The notes beneath the pieces are model-generated. The model had not been told where the DNA came from and did not search any database. It saw nothing but the letters and a program-made list of their open reading frames with translations. A stretch of 26,292 bases of DNA from Dehalococcoidia bacterium (GTDB lineage Bacteria; Chloroflexota; Dehalococcoidia; Lucifugimonadales; UBA3495), in the NCBI GenBank assembly GCA_030740155.1, contig JASLXV010000103.1, positions 1 through 26,292 on the forward strand. Reading direction: 5' to 3'. The position numbers and the translations under genes are program-made. Positions 8,898 through 16,619 of this stretch are shown piece after piece (within the stretch, counting starts at the first letter, position 1; the number at the start of each line of letters is the position of its first letter).

Positions 8898-9048
8898 TGA
8901 GTCCAGGCCGGTCTGCTTTCAGGGCTACCGGTAATCCGGCCCATCGGTTGGCATCCTGGCGCCGCCGGGCCACGAGCGCGTGGCCGGGTCCGCGGACCGT
9001 TTTCCAGGGGCACACCAAAGGCCGGTCAGGGATGGAGGCGTACATAGA

Positions 9049-9396
9049 ATGACAACCAGGCAATGCATATTCTGCTCGATAGCCCGTGACACGACTCACG
9101 AGGCGCCAATCTACCGCGACGACCGGGTCATCGTGATCCGCGACATCAGCCCCAAGGCGCCGGTCCACCTGCTGATAATCCCCAACATGCACCTGGCGTC
9201 TTTGGCCTACGTGGGCCCCGGCCAGGTGCCGATCATGGGGCACCTGTTCGTCGTGGCGGAGGAGATGGCCCGGCGGGAAGACGTGACCCTGAGCGGCTAC
9301 CGGCTCGTCATGAACCAGGGCACGGACTCGGGACAGGCAATAGAGCACTTGCATCTACATTTGCTCGGCGGCCAGCCGCTGGGGGCCATGGGATAA
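9049..9396 (+). CDS. HIT-family nucleotide-binding protein (HinT-like)
   Basis: CIFCSI, DISPKAPVHLLIIP, HLHLHLLGG histidine triad; ATG 9049 follows GGAGG. Confidence 0.93.
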   Translation: MTTRQCIFCSIARDTTHEAPIYRDDRVIVIRDISPKAPVHLLIIPNMHLASLAYVGPGQVPIMGHLFVVAEEMARREDVTLSGYRLVMNQGTDSGQAIEHLHLHLLGGQPLGAMG

Positions 9397-9410
9397 GCGG
9401 AGGAAGCTGG

Positions 9411-9998
9411 ATGGACGAGCTGGTCCATCAGATTCAGAGAAGGGTGGATGCCCTGCCCGACGGCCTTCAGGCGCACATATACCGGGTCAGAGGGATTGCC
9501 CGCGAGCTGGCCGGTCGCCATGGAATCGATGGGGAACGGGCCGCTCTGGGCATGCTGGCCCACGATGTGGCCCGTGCCATGCCGGAAGAAGAGTTGACCC
9601 GCCGCGCCACGGAGATGGGCCTCCCCATCGGAGCGGTGGAGCGAGAGGTTCCGGTGCTGCTCCACGGGCCGGTGGGGGCCGAGATCCTCAAGCGGGAGTC
9701 CGGCTTGGACGACCCAGCCCTCTACCAGGCCGTCTACTGGCATACCACCGCCCACCCGTCTCTGGACGGCCTGGGGAAGGTGGTCTTCTTGGCCGACAAG
9801 CTGGACCCGGAAAAGATAGCCAGGTATCCGTACCTACCGGAGTTGCGCCGAATGGCGTTGGAAAACCTGGACCGGGCGGTGCTGGAGTTTCTGGACCGGG
9901 AGATCGTCTCGATGGTGTCCCAGGGCTCGATGGTCCACCCGGCGATGATCGAGACCCGCAACCACCTGCTGGCGGCAGGGGTTGCATCTACCCAATGA
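9411..9998 (+). CDS. yqeK: HD-domain symmetrical bis(5'-nucleosyl)-tetraphosphatase, YqeK family
   Basis: H..RV...A..LA, LAHDVAR, LLHGPVGA, AVYWHTT, VVFLADKLDP. Confidence 0.85.
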   Translation: MDELVHQIQRRVDALPDGLQAHIYRVRGIARELAGRHGIDGERAALGMLAHDVARAMPEEELTRRATEMGLPIGAVEREVPVLLHGPVGAEILKRESGLDDPALYQAVYWHTTAHPSLDGLGKVVFLADKLDPEKIARYPYLPELRRMALENLDRAVLEFLDREIVSMVSQGSMVHPAMIETRNHLLAAGVASTQ

Positions 9999-10075
9999 GC
10001 GGAGCATCTTAATGTTTAAGCGGATTGTGCGCCTGAGGTCCGCTTAGAATCACAAACCCAGGCCGAGGAAACCTG

Positions 10076-10396
10076 ATGGATGTAACCCTTAGCGATAATG
10101 CCCGAGCCGAGATTCAGAAGAAGGGCGGGCGGGCGGCCGTAGACCTGATCTGCCTGTCGTCTTGAGCGGGCAGCAGTGTAGAGGTATCGGTCGATACCCA
10201 CATCGGCAGGCGGGACACTTCCCGGTACCGGGTTGTCCGGCGAGACGGAGTCGAGCTGCTGGTAACGCCGGACCTGGCCCGGCAGGCCCGGAGCATCGAT
10301 ATTGACCTGAAAAAGTTCCTGTTTTTCCGCCGCCTGAACGGGGTGATCGAGATGTCCGGCGGTATGATGTTGGGGCGCGGGGCCTCGGTGGCTTGA
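10076..10396 (+). CDS. Putative selenoprotein (in-frame TGA at codon 30), HesB-like / CC-Se motif type, 106 aa
   Basis: GAGG RBS, ATG 10076; MDVTLSDNARAEIQKKGGRAAVDLICLSS-TGA(10163-10165)-AGSSVEVSVDTHIGRRDTSRYRVVRRDGVELLVTPDLARQARSIDIDLKKFLFFRRLNGVIEMSGGMMLGRGASVA-stop; hairpin just after the TGA. Confidence 0.75.
10176..10202 (+). promoter_or_regulatory. Candidate bacterial SECIS element
   Basis: GGTATC (10183-10188) / GATACC (10193-10198) stem with GGTC loop 23 nt after the TGA; lower GTG/CAC pairing. Confidence 0.6.
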
Positions 10397-10450
10397 CCCG
10401 GCGGCGCGGCCCTCGAACCGGCTCAAAGCCTATCCAATCACCAGCCGGTG

Positions 10451-10592
10451 TGGTTCGACAAGCTCACCACGAACGGAGAACATGCGGTCCAACGGGGAGC
10501 ATGCGGTCAGACGGAGAACATGCGGTCCAACGGGGATAATCCGTTCGCTCGGGGATCGGGGACATTCCGTTCGTCCTGAGCTTGTCGAAGGA
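10451..10592. repeat. Inverted pair of 26-bp REP-like units enclosing a 19-bp tandem repeat
   Basis: TGGTTCGACAAGCTCACCACGAACGG (10451-10476) vs CCGTTCGTCCTGAGCTTGTCGAAGGA (10567-10592); ACGGAGAACATGCGGTCCA-like unit x3.4 at 10473-10536. Confidence 0.8.
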
Positions 10593-10710
10593 CCAGGAAT
10601 GGCCTCCTTCGGAGTTGTTGAATAGGCTCTACGGGCAGCAGGCCACCCACATTCACCCGGAGGAGCGAGGGGCACCGCCCCCAAATAATCTCTTGACCAA
10701 CAGGAGTCTT

Positions 10711-11400
10711 ATGGAGATACGTTTGGGCAGCCTGGCCCGCGACGCCAGAGAGGCCGAGGGCACGGTCATCATCATCGACGTGTTCCGGGCGTTCACCACG
10801 GCCGCCATCGCCTTCGACCACGGCGCCACCCGGCTCGTGCTGGTGGCCGAGGTGGAGGAGGCGTTGGCCCTCCACGAGAGGGGAGTGGGAGACCTGCTGA
10901 TGGGCGAGGAAGGCGGGAAACGCCCCGAAGGGTTCGACTTCGGCAACTCCCCCTACGAGATTTCCCAGGTGGACCTGACCGGCAAATCCCTGGTGCAGTC
11001 CACCCGGGCGGGGACGGTGGGAGTCGCGGCGGCGACCAGGGCGGAGTCCATCTACCTGGGCTCCTTCGTGGTGGCCGAGGCCACCGTGAACGCCATCCGG
11101 CGGGAGAATCCGCCCCTGGTCTCAATCATCGCCATGGGCGACCACGGTATGGTCCGCTCCGACGAGGACGAGCACTGCGCCCTCTACCTGAGGAACCTGC
11201 TGGAGGGGCGAAAGCCCGACCCGACGGCGCTTCGAAGCTTGATTATGGAAGGCGGGGCCACCCGGAAGTTCTTCGACGACGACCAGCCCCAATACCACCC
11301 TCAGGACGTGGACCTGGCCCTTCAGGTCCACCGTTACCCCTTCGCCATGCCCATCACCCGAGAGGACGGGCTGCTGGTGGCGCGGAAGCAGGACGCCTAG
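10711..11400 (+). CDS. comB: 2-phosphosulfolactate phosphatase family protein
   Basis: VIIIDVFRAFTT, LMGE.GG..PEGFDFGNSP, QSTRAGT, EDEHCA; AGGAG RBS before ATG 10711. The upstream ORF-track start lies inside the repeat. Confidence 0.88.
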   Translation: MEIRLGSLARDAREAEGTVIIIDVFRAFTTAAIAFDHGATRLVLVAEVEEALALHERGVGDLLMGEEGGKRPEGFDFGNSPYEISQVDLTGKSLVQSTRAGTVGVAAATRAESIYLGSFVVAEATVNAIRRENPPLVSIIAMGDHGMVRSDEDEHCALYLRNLLEGRKPDPTALRSLIMEGGATRKFFDDDQPQYHPQDVDLALQVHRYPFAMPITREDGLLVARKQDA

Positions 11401-11436
11401 CGGAGGATGGCGGGGGCTGCGAGGAGAGGGGAGGGA

Positions 11437-11649
11437 ATGAAGTATGCAGTAGTCTACGAGAAGGCGGCCAACAACTTCTCAGCCTACGTGCCAGACTTAC
11501 CCGGTTGCGTGGCGACGGGCGCTACCCAGGAAGAGGTAAAGAGGAACATCCTCGATGCCATAGAGTTTCACCTTGAGGGCATGCGGCTTGAGCACCTGCC
11601 CATCCCGGAGCCAGATACCTGGACGGAGACGGTGGAGGTATCGGCGTAA
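11437..11649 (+). CDS. hicB: HicB-family antitoxin, short form without DNA-binding domain
   Basis: YAVVYEK, SAYVPDLPGCVATGAT.EE, AIEFHLEG, PIPEP; GGAGG RBS. Confidence 0.88.
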   Translation: MKYAVVYEKAANNFSAYVPDLPGCVATGATQEEVKRNILDAIEFHLEGMRLEHLPIPEPDTWTETVEVSA

Positions 11650-11677
11650 TGACCCTCCGACCGTCTCGCTAGTTCCC

Positions 11678-12802
11678 CTAGTCCCCACCAAACCGGGCGG
11701 GGTCCAGGAACTCCAGGCCGGGTACCTGGGTGCTACCGGTGACAATCAGGTCGGCCAGCCCGTGGCTCATGCCCACGCTCCACAGTATGCCCTTCCGCCC
11801 GGCGCCGGTGCCCAGGTAGAGGTTCTGCCACCCGGGCACCTTGCCCACGATGGGCAGTCCATCGGAGGACAGGGGCCGCAGGCACGCCGTCTGCTGCACC
11901 AGTTGCGCCTCCGAGAGCGACGGGGCCATGGTCAGCAAGCCGCCCATTATCTCGTCCCTGGCCCCGGAGGTCGTCTCCTCGTCGAACCCCACCTCTTCCT
12001 CGGTAGTCCCCGCCCAGGTGAGCCCGTCGGGCTTGGTGACCACGTAGCTTCCACCCCAATGCAGGGAGGTCTTGATTGGGCTCGAGCTGTGTTGTAGGCG
12101 GAGAATTTGCCCCTTGAGGGGACTTATCGGGATGTTGACTCCGCACCAGTCCGAAGCTTGCTGGGTCCAGGGCCCCATGGCCAGCACCACCACCCCAGCC
12201 TCCAGCCGGCCGCCATCGTAGGTCACTCCCAGGCAGCGGCCGCCTTCGCTGATCAGGCCGGTGGCCCGGCGCTGCAAGAGTGTCACGCCGATCTTCTCCC
12301 CGGCTTGGGCCGCGGCCAGGTTGTGGCGATAGGGCTCCACCGCGCCGACTCCTTGAATGTACACTCCTCCGAGGCACGCGGGGTTGGCCATCGGCTCGAT
12401 CTTCACCACCTCCTCGGGCGTCAGCCACTCCACTCCAAGCTCCCGGACATCCTTCTGCCACTTCAGGTCTTCGTGGAAGGCCCGGACATCCTCCTCGTCA
12501 AAGGCCAATTTCAGCCGGTTGCACACCTGGAACTGGTTGTCGACTCCGCCCGCTTCTCTCAACTCCCCGGCCAGGGTGCCGTGCCGTTGCAGCGACCAGA
12601 CGCTGAAGTCCAGGAGGGGGTCCGGAAGGCCGGCGCCATCCAGGGGGCCCATTTCGCCGAAGGCGAAGCCCGATGCATGGCTGCCCACCGAGTCCCGCTC
12701 CAGGATGGTTACCTTCATGCCCCGCCGGGCCAGCAGGTAGGCGGTAAGGCAACCGACGATACCACCTCCGACGACGACTGCGTCCCTCGTTTCATTGACC
12801 AC
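11678..12802 (-). CDS. FAD-dependent oxidoreductase, glycine oxidase/D-amino-acid oxidase family
   Basis: VVVGGGIVG, PLKGQ, CLRP.SSDGLPIVG, TGAGRKGI. Confidence 0.9.
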   Translation of the reverse strand: MVNETRDAVVVGGGIVGCLTAYLLARRGMKVTILERDSVGSHASGFAFGEMGPLDGAGLPDPLLDFSVWSLQRHGTLAGELREAGGVDNQFQVCNRLKLAFDEEDVRAFHEDLKWQKDVRELGVEWLTPEEVVKIEPMANPACLGGVYIQGVGAVEPYRHNLAAAQAGEKIGVTLLQRRATGLISEGGRCLGVTYDGGRLEAGVVVLAMGPWTQQASDWCGVNIPISPLKGQILRLQHSSSPIKTSLHWGGSYVVTKPDGLTWAGTTEEEVGFDEETTSGARDEIMGGLLTMAPSLSEAQLVQQTACLRPLSSDGLPIVGKVPGWQNLYLGTGAGRKGILWSVGMSHGLADLIVTGSTQVPGLEFLDPARFGGD

Positions 12803-12817
12803 TTGCAGCTACTCCCC

Positions 12818-12847
12818 TGGCTTCCGATTGGCTTCCGACTGGCTTCC
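12818..12847. repeat. 11-bp tandem direct repeat (2.7 copies)
   Basis: TGGCTTCCGAT TGGCTTCCGAC TGGCTTCC, immediately upstream of the RBS of the minus-strand oxidoreductase. Confidence 0.7.
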
Positions 12848-12953
12848 TAGCGACTGAACACGAGGTTAGCAGCAGGGCAGCGGAATATCAATGGCCCAGG
12901 TCACGGGCGCAGCCATTGAGGCCGGCCGGTCAGACCTCGCCTGTTTTCTCTCC

Positions 12954-13787
12954 CTAGAAACCTTTAAACCACTCCTCGAACCGCCGGAGCCGAGAGGCAT
13001 CGCCGTCCACGGACAGCCGGCCGGTGGCGACACCCGTGGCGGCGGTGAGCCTTCCGTACAGGTACAGCAGGTAGGAGTCGGCATCGCACCGCACCACCAC
13101 GTCGGCCTTCGGCCCACCGGCCTGGTCGACTTGGAAGCCGTCGCCGTTGACGACCACGTCGTGGATGAAGCCGGCCGGAGCCGTGACCTCGAACCGGAAG
13201 ACCACCGGGGCGTCCAACGGGCGACCGGGCCGGAAGCTGGCCCGAAGCCAGGTGAGGGCAACTTCCAGCAACACCGGGACGCTCTCCGGGTCCAGGCGAG
13301 CCCCGGCGTCGAGGCCTGAACGAATGTCCCAGTCGTGGATAGCCAATTCCTGAACCCGCAGGTCGACGTACTCCTCCGCCGGCATGGCGCCCTTCCTGGC
13401 GTGCCAGCACGGTGTGTCCCAACCCTTGGCGCCGAAGCCGTCCAGCAGCCCGGTCAGCTCCTCGTGCCGGGCGACGAAGACCGGCAGAAGCTGCTCTCCC
13501 AGCTCTTTGCGCAGGGCGATGTCACGCTGGACGTTGGATGCCGACAGCGCGCTCAGGTCCACGGATTCAAAGCCCGGCGGTGGCGAGGAGTCGCCGGCCA
13601 TCCCCCGGCGCATGCTATCGAGCTGGCGCCCCGCTCCCGAAGTCACGTGGGCCACCACGTCCCGGACCTCCCAGAGGTCGCAGGCGCTGGGCCGGACCCA
13701 TTCTTCCTGAGACAGGCTGGCCAGAAACTCCCGCAGCCGGCCGGCTAGGCCCCGGATCAAAGCGATGCGGCTAGCCATCTGGTCCAT
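12954..13787 (-). CDS. MDMPI / maleylpyruvate isomerase family (DinB-like) protein with SCP2-like C-terminus
   Basis: PSACDLWEVRDVVAHV, ELAIHDWDIR, LYLYGRL..GRLSVDGD; GGAGG RBS supports ATG 13787 rather than 14012. Confidence 0.85.
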   Translation of the reverse strand: MDQMASRIALIRGLAGRLREFLASLSQEEWVRPSACDLWEVRDVVAHVTSGAGRQLDSMRRGMAGDSSPPPGFESVDLSALSASNVQRDIALRKELGEQLLPVFVARHEELTGLLDGFGAKGWDTPCWHARKGAMPAEEYVDLRVQELAIHDWDIRSGLDAGARLDPESVPVLLEVALTWLRASFRPGRPLDAPVVFRFEVTAPAGFIHDVVVNGDGFQVDQAGGPKADVVVRCDADSYLLYLYGRLTAATGVATGRLSVDGDASRLRRFEEWFKGF

Positions 13788-14017
13788 CGAGCGTACCTCC
13801 ATCGTTAATGTTGCGCCCCGGACGGCCCGGCCCGGCGGTGGCAGTCCGCCGGAGGTCTGGTGTACAATCCCAGCGCCGTTCGAGAGATTCACCAGGGTAT
13901 CTCCGAGCGAAGCTTCGAGTCCTTCAGAAACCGGCCGGCCCCCGGCGCGATGCCGGGTGCTTCGAGCCGGGAAGAGATGAGCGTGAGCAAACGTCCTGCC
14001 GGCGAGGAACATCTCCG

Positions 14018-14215
14018 ATGATGCGGTATTCCTGTCTGGTCATCGGGGTCCTCTTCGCGCTGATAGTATTGACGGCGCTGTTGACCTGCCGGCTCACCGG
14101 CTTTCCAGTATCCGAGCAGTCCGAAGCGGGGTCAACGGAGCCGGCCCGCCACGGGCTGCTGATACATGACTCCCCCGGCACGAAGACCACCTGGGCCCTC
14201 CCCGCGGACCTATAG
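14018..14215 (+). CDS. Small hypothetical protein with N-terminal hydrophobic helix (65 aa)
   Basis: GAGGA before ATG; MMRYSCLVIGVLFALIVLTALLTC; TACAAT at 13863-13868; converges on yraN with 6-nt overlap. Confidence 0.45.
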   Translation: MMRYSCLVIGVLFALIVLTALLTCRLTGFPVSEQSEAGSTEPARHGLLIHDSPGTKTTWALPADL

Positions 14216-14578
14216 CTGGATGGCGTGGCGGAGGTGGTGGATGCGAGTCGCCTCACCTCCCCGGTCGAGGTGGACGCAAACGAGGTCGATGCGCCACTCG
14301 GTGTCCTCCTCGGACCGGCGCTGGATGTAGTCCTGGCAGGTAGTCACCAACCGCCGCACCTTGGCCGCGGAGAGGGATTCCTCGGGAGCGCCGAAGCCGC
14401 CGCCATGGCGGGTGCGCACCTCGGCGAACACCAACTCTTCACCGTCTCGGGCCACGATATCCACCTCGCCATAGCGGCAGCGGTAGTTGGTGTCCAAGAT
14501 GCTGTAGCCCGATTCTTCGAGGAACCTCCCGGCTAGCTCCTTTCCCCAGTTGCCCAGCCGGGTCCGGGGCGTCGGCAA
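14210..14578 (-). CDS. yraN: YraN family (UPF0102) protein
   Basis: LGNWG.ELA, NYRCRYGEVDIVA, LVFAEVRTR, WRIDLV; follows rnhB as commonly seen. Confidence 0.92.
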   Translation of the reverse strand: MPTPRTRLGNWGKELAGRFLEESGYSILDTNYRCRYGEVDIVARDGEELVFAEVRTRHGGGFGAPEESLSAAKVRRLVTTCQDYIQRRSEEDTEWRIDLVCVHLDRGGEATRIHHLRHAIQL

Positions 14579-14579
14579 T

Positions 14580-15215
14580 TCAGCCGCCCCGCATCGGTCC
14601 GGAGACTTCCCGCACCGGGGCGAAGGAGCGGCGATGGATGTCGCAAGGCCCCAGCCTTCGAAGCTGCTCCAGGTGAAGCGCGGTCGGATAACCCTTGTGC
14701 TTGGCGAAAGAGTAGCCGGGAAAGCGGGCGTCCTCCTCCCGCATCCAGCGGTCTCGAGTCACCTTGGCCACGTTGGAAGCGGCAGCGATGGAGTAGCTGA
14801 GGCTGTCGCCCCGAACCACGGTCTGAAAAGGAAGCGGGCATTCCCGCAGGTGAACGAAGTCGAACAGCAGGTGAGCGGGCTGCACCGCCAGCTCCGCGAC
14901 GGCCCGCATCATGGCCTCGATGGTCGCCCGCCCGATGCCCAGACGGTCGATCTCTTCCGGGCCCGCCTGGCCCACGCCTATTGCCAGAGCATGCTTCCGA
15001 ATCGCATCCACGGCTCGCTCGCGGCGGGCGGGCGACAGCGCCTTGCTGTCATCCAGCAGGTCCAGCCACGTCTCGGAGCCGGATAGCGCGGGAGGCAGAA
15101 TGACGGCTGCGGCCACCACCGGCCCGGCCAGCGGCCCCCTTCCTGCCTCGTCCACGCCGGCCACCAGGGGCACGCCCCGCCGGTAAAGACCCTGCTCCAT
15201 CGACAAGTCAGGCAT
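14580..15215 (-). CDS. rnhB: Ribonuclease HII
   Basis: AGVDEAGRGPLAGPVVAAAV, DDSKAL, SIAAASNVAKVTRD, HKGYPT, IHRRSFAP; ATG 15215 overlaps the mnmA stop. Confidence 0.97.
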   Translation of the reverse strand: MPDLSMEQGLYRRGVPLVAGVDEAGRGPLAGPVVAAAVILPPALSGSETWLDLLDDSKALSPARRERAVDAIRKHALAIGVGQAGPEEIDRLGIGRATIEAMMRAVAELAVQPAHLLFDFVHLRECPLPFQTVVRGDSLSYSIAAASNVAKVTRDRWMREEDARFPGYSFAKHKGYPTALHLEQLRRLGPCDIHRRSFAPVREVSGPMRGG

Positions 15216-16371
15216 TCGAGCCCTGGTCAAGCAAATATTCTTTAGGAAGGGCGTGGGAAACCCTTTCTTGAAAGAAAGGGTTTCCCACCGTCTCCCCGCC
15301 CGGAATGTCCCTCTCGATCGTTCCACCACCCAAAAGCACGTCACCCCGGTAAAACACCGCCGCTTGACCGGGGGTAACCGCCCGCTGCGGCTGCTCAAAG
15401 CAGACCAGCGCTCCCTCGGGCCGTGGGTGCAACACAGCCCGAGCCTCTTCGGACTTATAGCGGATCTTCACTCCCACTTCCACCGGCCCATCAGGCGCCC
15501 GCCCCAGGGTGTAGTTGACCCGAGAGGTCCACATCCGCGTTTGGTAAAGGGCCTCCTCCGGCCCAACCACCACCCGGTTGGCCTCGGGTTCCAACCGCAG
15601 CACGTAGCACGGTTCCCGGTTGCCGATACCCAGCCCGCGACGCTGCCCAACGGTGAATGACTCGATGCCCTGGTGCCGGCCCACCTGCTCCCCTTCCTGG
15701 TTGACGATCGAGCCGGGGACGGACGGCACCCGTCCCTTCAAGAAGGCCCGGTAGTCGCCAAAGGGCACGAAGCAGATGTCCTGGCTATCCGGCTTCCTGG
15801 CGACGCCGAGCCCGGCATCTTCCGCCATCTGCCGGATGGTGTCTTTCGGGTAAGCGCCCACCGGCATCAACGTGCGGGCCAGCTCCGGCTGCCCCATGCC
15901 GAAGAGGACATAGGACTGGTCTTTGCCGTGGTCCACGGCCTTCTTCAACACCATCCCGTCCGGGGTGCGCTCAATGATGGCGTAGTGGCCGGTGGCGACG
16001 TAATCCGCCTGCAGCGCCACCGCCCGGGTCATCAGGAAATTGAACTTGATCTTGTCGTTGCACGCGATGCAGGGGTGGGGGGTGCGGCCGTTCTGGTACT
16101 CGGAGCAGAAGTAGTCGATAACGTGGGCCTGGAACTCTTGCTGAACGTTGAGGACGTAGTGCGGGACGCCCAGCCGGCGGCAAACCGTCCTGGCGTCGAC
16201 CACATCGCCAACGGTGCAGCAACCCTTATAGTACTTGGGAAGGTCGGTGTGCTCCAGGCCGTACAGCTTCATGGTCACGCCCACGACTTGGTAGCCCTGC
16301 TGCTGGAGCAGCAAGGCAGCAACCGACGAGTCCACCCCGCCGCTCATGGCGACGGCCACCTTCTCCACCAT
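15208..16371 (-). CDS. mnmA: tRNA 2-thiouridine(34) synthase
   Basis: AMSGGVDS, TPHPCIACN, ATGHYA, KDQSYVL, DSQDICF, TVGQRRGLG, AVTPGQAAVFY. Start may be GTG 16383. Confidence 0.97.
   Translation of the reverse strand: MVEKVAVAMSGGVDSSVAALLLQQQGYQVVGVTMKLYGLEHTDLPKYYKGCCTVGDVVDARTVCRRLGVPHYVLNVQQEFQAHVIDYFCSEYQNGRTPHPCIACNDKIKFNFLMTRAVALQADYVATGHYAIIERTPDGMVLKKAVDHGKDQSYVLFGMGQPELARTLMPVGAYPKDTIRQMAEDAGLGVARKPDSQDICFVPFGDYRAFLKGRVPSVPGSIVNQEGEQVGRHQGIESFTVGQRRGLGIGNREPCYVLRLEPEANRVVVGPEEALYQTRMWTSRVNYTLGRAPDGPVEVGVKIRYKSEEARAVLHPRPEGALVCFEQPQRAVTPGQAAVFYRGDVLLGGGTIERDIPGGETVGNPFFQERVSHALPKEYLLDQGSNA
15253..15288. repeat. Perfect 16-bp inverted repeat inside the mnmA 3' end
   Basis: GTGGGAAACCCTTTCT-TGAA-AGAAAGGGTTTCCCAC. 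Confidence 0.85.
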
Positions 16372-16464
16372 CGGCCCGCGCACCTCTACAGACAGCCTAG
16401 CATAGCGAAGGTTGAGGGTTCAACCGAACGGCGGGATGGCGCAATTACCCGAGCAATCCACGAG

Positions 16465-16493
16465 TTGACAGTCTGAATCGACCCAGCTACAAT
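16465..16493 (+). promoter_or_regulatory. Near-consensus sigma70 promoter for the zinc-ribbon membrane protein cluster
   Basis: TTGACA (16465-16470), 17 nt spacer, TACAAT (16488-16493). Confidence 0.7.
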
Positions 16494-16619
16494 CCGGCCC
16501 ATCCGGGTGTCGCACGGGGAAAAGCCTACGGCATTCGAATCGAACCAGAGAGTGTTTGCCGCGCTTCGTTACATCGATATCGCACCGGCACCGGCGAGGG
16601 GGCAAACGGGGAGGGTGTC

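Noticed and set aside
10016..10426. Minus-strand ORFs 10016..10426 and 10114..10296 as the gene in this gap
   Set aside because: No motifs or clear RBS; the plus-strand TGA-containing frame explains the region better.
10473..10536. 19-bp repeats as a CRISPR array
   Set aside because: Units are directly adjacent with no unique spacers, and no cas genes are present.
13881..13930. GAGAGA...CCGA...TCAG resembling a glycine riboswitch
   Set aside because: Missing CCGAAG and CTCTCAGG cores; not upstream of a glycine-related gene on that strand.
16508..16535. CGCACGGGGAAAAGCCTACGGC resembling a c-di-GMP-I riboswitch
   Set aside because: No GGCAAAC-stem-GAAA-stem-GACGCAAAGC arrangement; only fragments match.
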